From the human T2T-CHM13v2.0 reference genome, Homo sapiens: 64,000 nucleotides of DNA. A program made the position numbers and the translations under genes. Location of the stretch: the NCBI RefSeq assembly GCF_009914755.1, contig NC_060926.1, one strand, 5' to 3'. The notes under the pieces are model-generated. The model did not search any database and was not told where the DNA came from. It saw only the letters and a list, made by a program, of their open reading frames with translations. Shown piece by piece: positions 62,352 to 64,000 of the stretch (position 1 is its first letter; every line of letters starts with the position of its first letter).

Positions 62352-63381
62352 ACTTTTTTATCCAGGCAAACTTGACAAATAGTATTCTGTTTGGTTTGGT
62401 TGGTTTGGTTTTACATTTGGCCTCCTCGTAAATTCCGGACCATCCTGTCACCTAATTTAGATGCATTCTCTCTGGGCCCACATAGGTTTTCAGACATGAC
62501 TCTCATAGTACATTCCCCATCCCCTCACAGTTGGGGTTTATCTACTTCTTTCTCCCCAACTAGGCTGTACCTTCCTTGAGAACAAGAATAAGCAAGTCTT
62601 TCTTGACTTTTTATCCCCAGGGCCTAGGACTGTGCCTGGAACACAGTATTTGTTCAATAAATATTTGATAAGTGAATAAAGCAGCCAACTCAAGGGGAAA
62701 TAAAGTTCAATATAATATGAATTAATATTAACAGCTTGCCCTTTTTCTTTATATTTATCCTTTCTCTCCTCCTCTCGCATTGCTCTCGGCCCCTCCTCTG
62801 CTCTTCTCCCTCCCCAAATTCTGTATATAATATTAACAACTATTACTTAAATGGTAAAAATAACATAACCAGTGTCTAGTACAGAGCCTGCAGTATAGCA
62901 CATTCTCAACAAGTAATTTTTGAATAAAGGAAAGGAAGGAGCCACGAGGGGAAAAAGGAAGGATAATATTCAAAAACTCAGTAGAGATGCTACGTTGCAA
63001 GGCTTAATACAGTGTAAAGAAGGTTACTGCCTCACCCTTTCCTCCTTTGCCTTTGATACAAATTTATTATCTGCATATTGAGCTTTTCTCTATAGTTCAT
63101 TTTGTCTAATTATAATTTTCTAAAAATTAAACATGATTTAAATGAAAGAGATAGAGTTCACATTGCAAAAGATCAACCCTGGTGATCTAGATTGTAGCCC
63201 ATTTCTCTGACCAAGAAATAAATATGCTCCTTGTCTATCCGACTCTCAGTTTGTAGGGAAATCAATCACACCAAATGATGTTCGAAACCCCAGGAGTGTA
63301 GGAAAAGTCAAACCCACACCCACCCATCCACTTCTGGTGGGGACAAAATAAACAGCATATGGAATCTGCATTATGGGTTCA

Positions 63382-63437
63382 GTTTAATTCAATCAATGTC
63401 TGAATATTTGTTTAATTCAATCAATGCCTGAATATTT
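63382..63437. repeat. 28-bp tandem duplication
   Basis: gtttaattcaatcaatg(t/c)ctgaatattt occurs twice in tandem. Confidence 0.9.
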
Positions 63438-63759
63438 GTTTCCTGGATGTTTGTTAAATATTTGCATGAGGGAATCGGGTTAATTAATGCATAAAAGTAG
63501 TCTGACTTCAGAGTGACTTTTGATATAAGTAGGAAAGAGAAAGCTGGAAATGCTGGCTCTTTATGAAAGTCAATTTCTCTTCTGCGCTGACCAAATAACA
63601 GGAAAAATACAAGATTTTGGGTGCAAGGGTTTTTTTTAATTGACAGCAGAAGATATAAGTGGCATTTTCTGTGGGTTGTTAAAACTAATTTGTCAGTGCT
63701 AAGCTAGGAATTAATATATTTCTGTGATGGTTTTAGATGCACTTTTTAGTTTTATTTTT

Positions 63760-63960
63760 AGTTGACAAATAATAATTGTGTATATTTATGGGGTGTAAAA
63801 TTATATTTTAATACATGTGTACATTGTAAAATTATTGAATCAAGGTAATTAGCATATCTATCACTGCAAATATTTATCCTGTTTGTGGTAACAACATTTA
63901 CTATCCTCTATTTTAGCTACATTAAAATATACAGTACATTATTATTAACTATAGTCAGGC
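63760..63960 (-). mobile_element. L1MA-type 3' terminus
   Basis: 'ttgacaaataataattgtgtatatttatggggt...atacagtacattattattaactatagtca'. Confidence 0.8.
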
Positions 63961-64000
63961 ACTCTTTTTCAATCAATTTTTGCTATTGAAGTTGTCATTG

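Overview
This is primate (human or great-ape type) AT-rich DNA, roughly 60% transposon-derived, and it looks intronic or intergenic. It is not prokaryotic: there is no CRISPR array, operon or rRNA/tRNA. Most ORFs in the supplied track are L1 or Alu debris. Bases 1-15.9 kb are a nested stack of + strand LINE-1s: an L1PA10-13-type element, L1M fragments, and a full-length L1PB with a 12-bp TSD, plus a MADE1 and an AluS. A full-length but inactivated L1PA2-type element lies at 33.2-39.25 kb. It sits in the target-site duplication of an earlier Alu, which itself lies inside an older L1PA13-type element. The remainder holds Alus, MaLR LTRs (MLT1, THE1), hAT/mariner MITEs (MER58, MER1B, MER5, MER53), L2, MIR and CR1/L3 relics. 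Three signals are not explained by repeat annotation. First, three small minus-strand exon candidates (60573-60626, 50155-50248, 25583-25617) splice in frame into a 61-aa peptide I do not recognise. Second, there is a set of locally templated insertions: a 178-bp copy and a ~210-bp copy plus fold-back, each pasted into an MLT1 LTR, and two snap-back micro-inversions. Third, one L1-endonuclease site was used twice. I cannot establish a new biological system from sequence alone. Subfamily names come from remembered consensus motifs, not from a RepeatMasker run.
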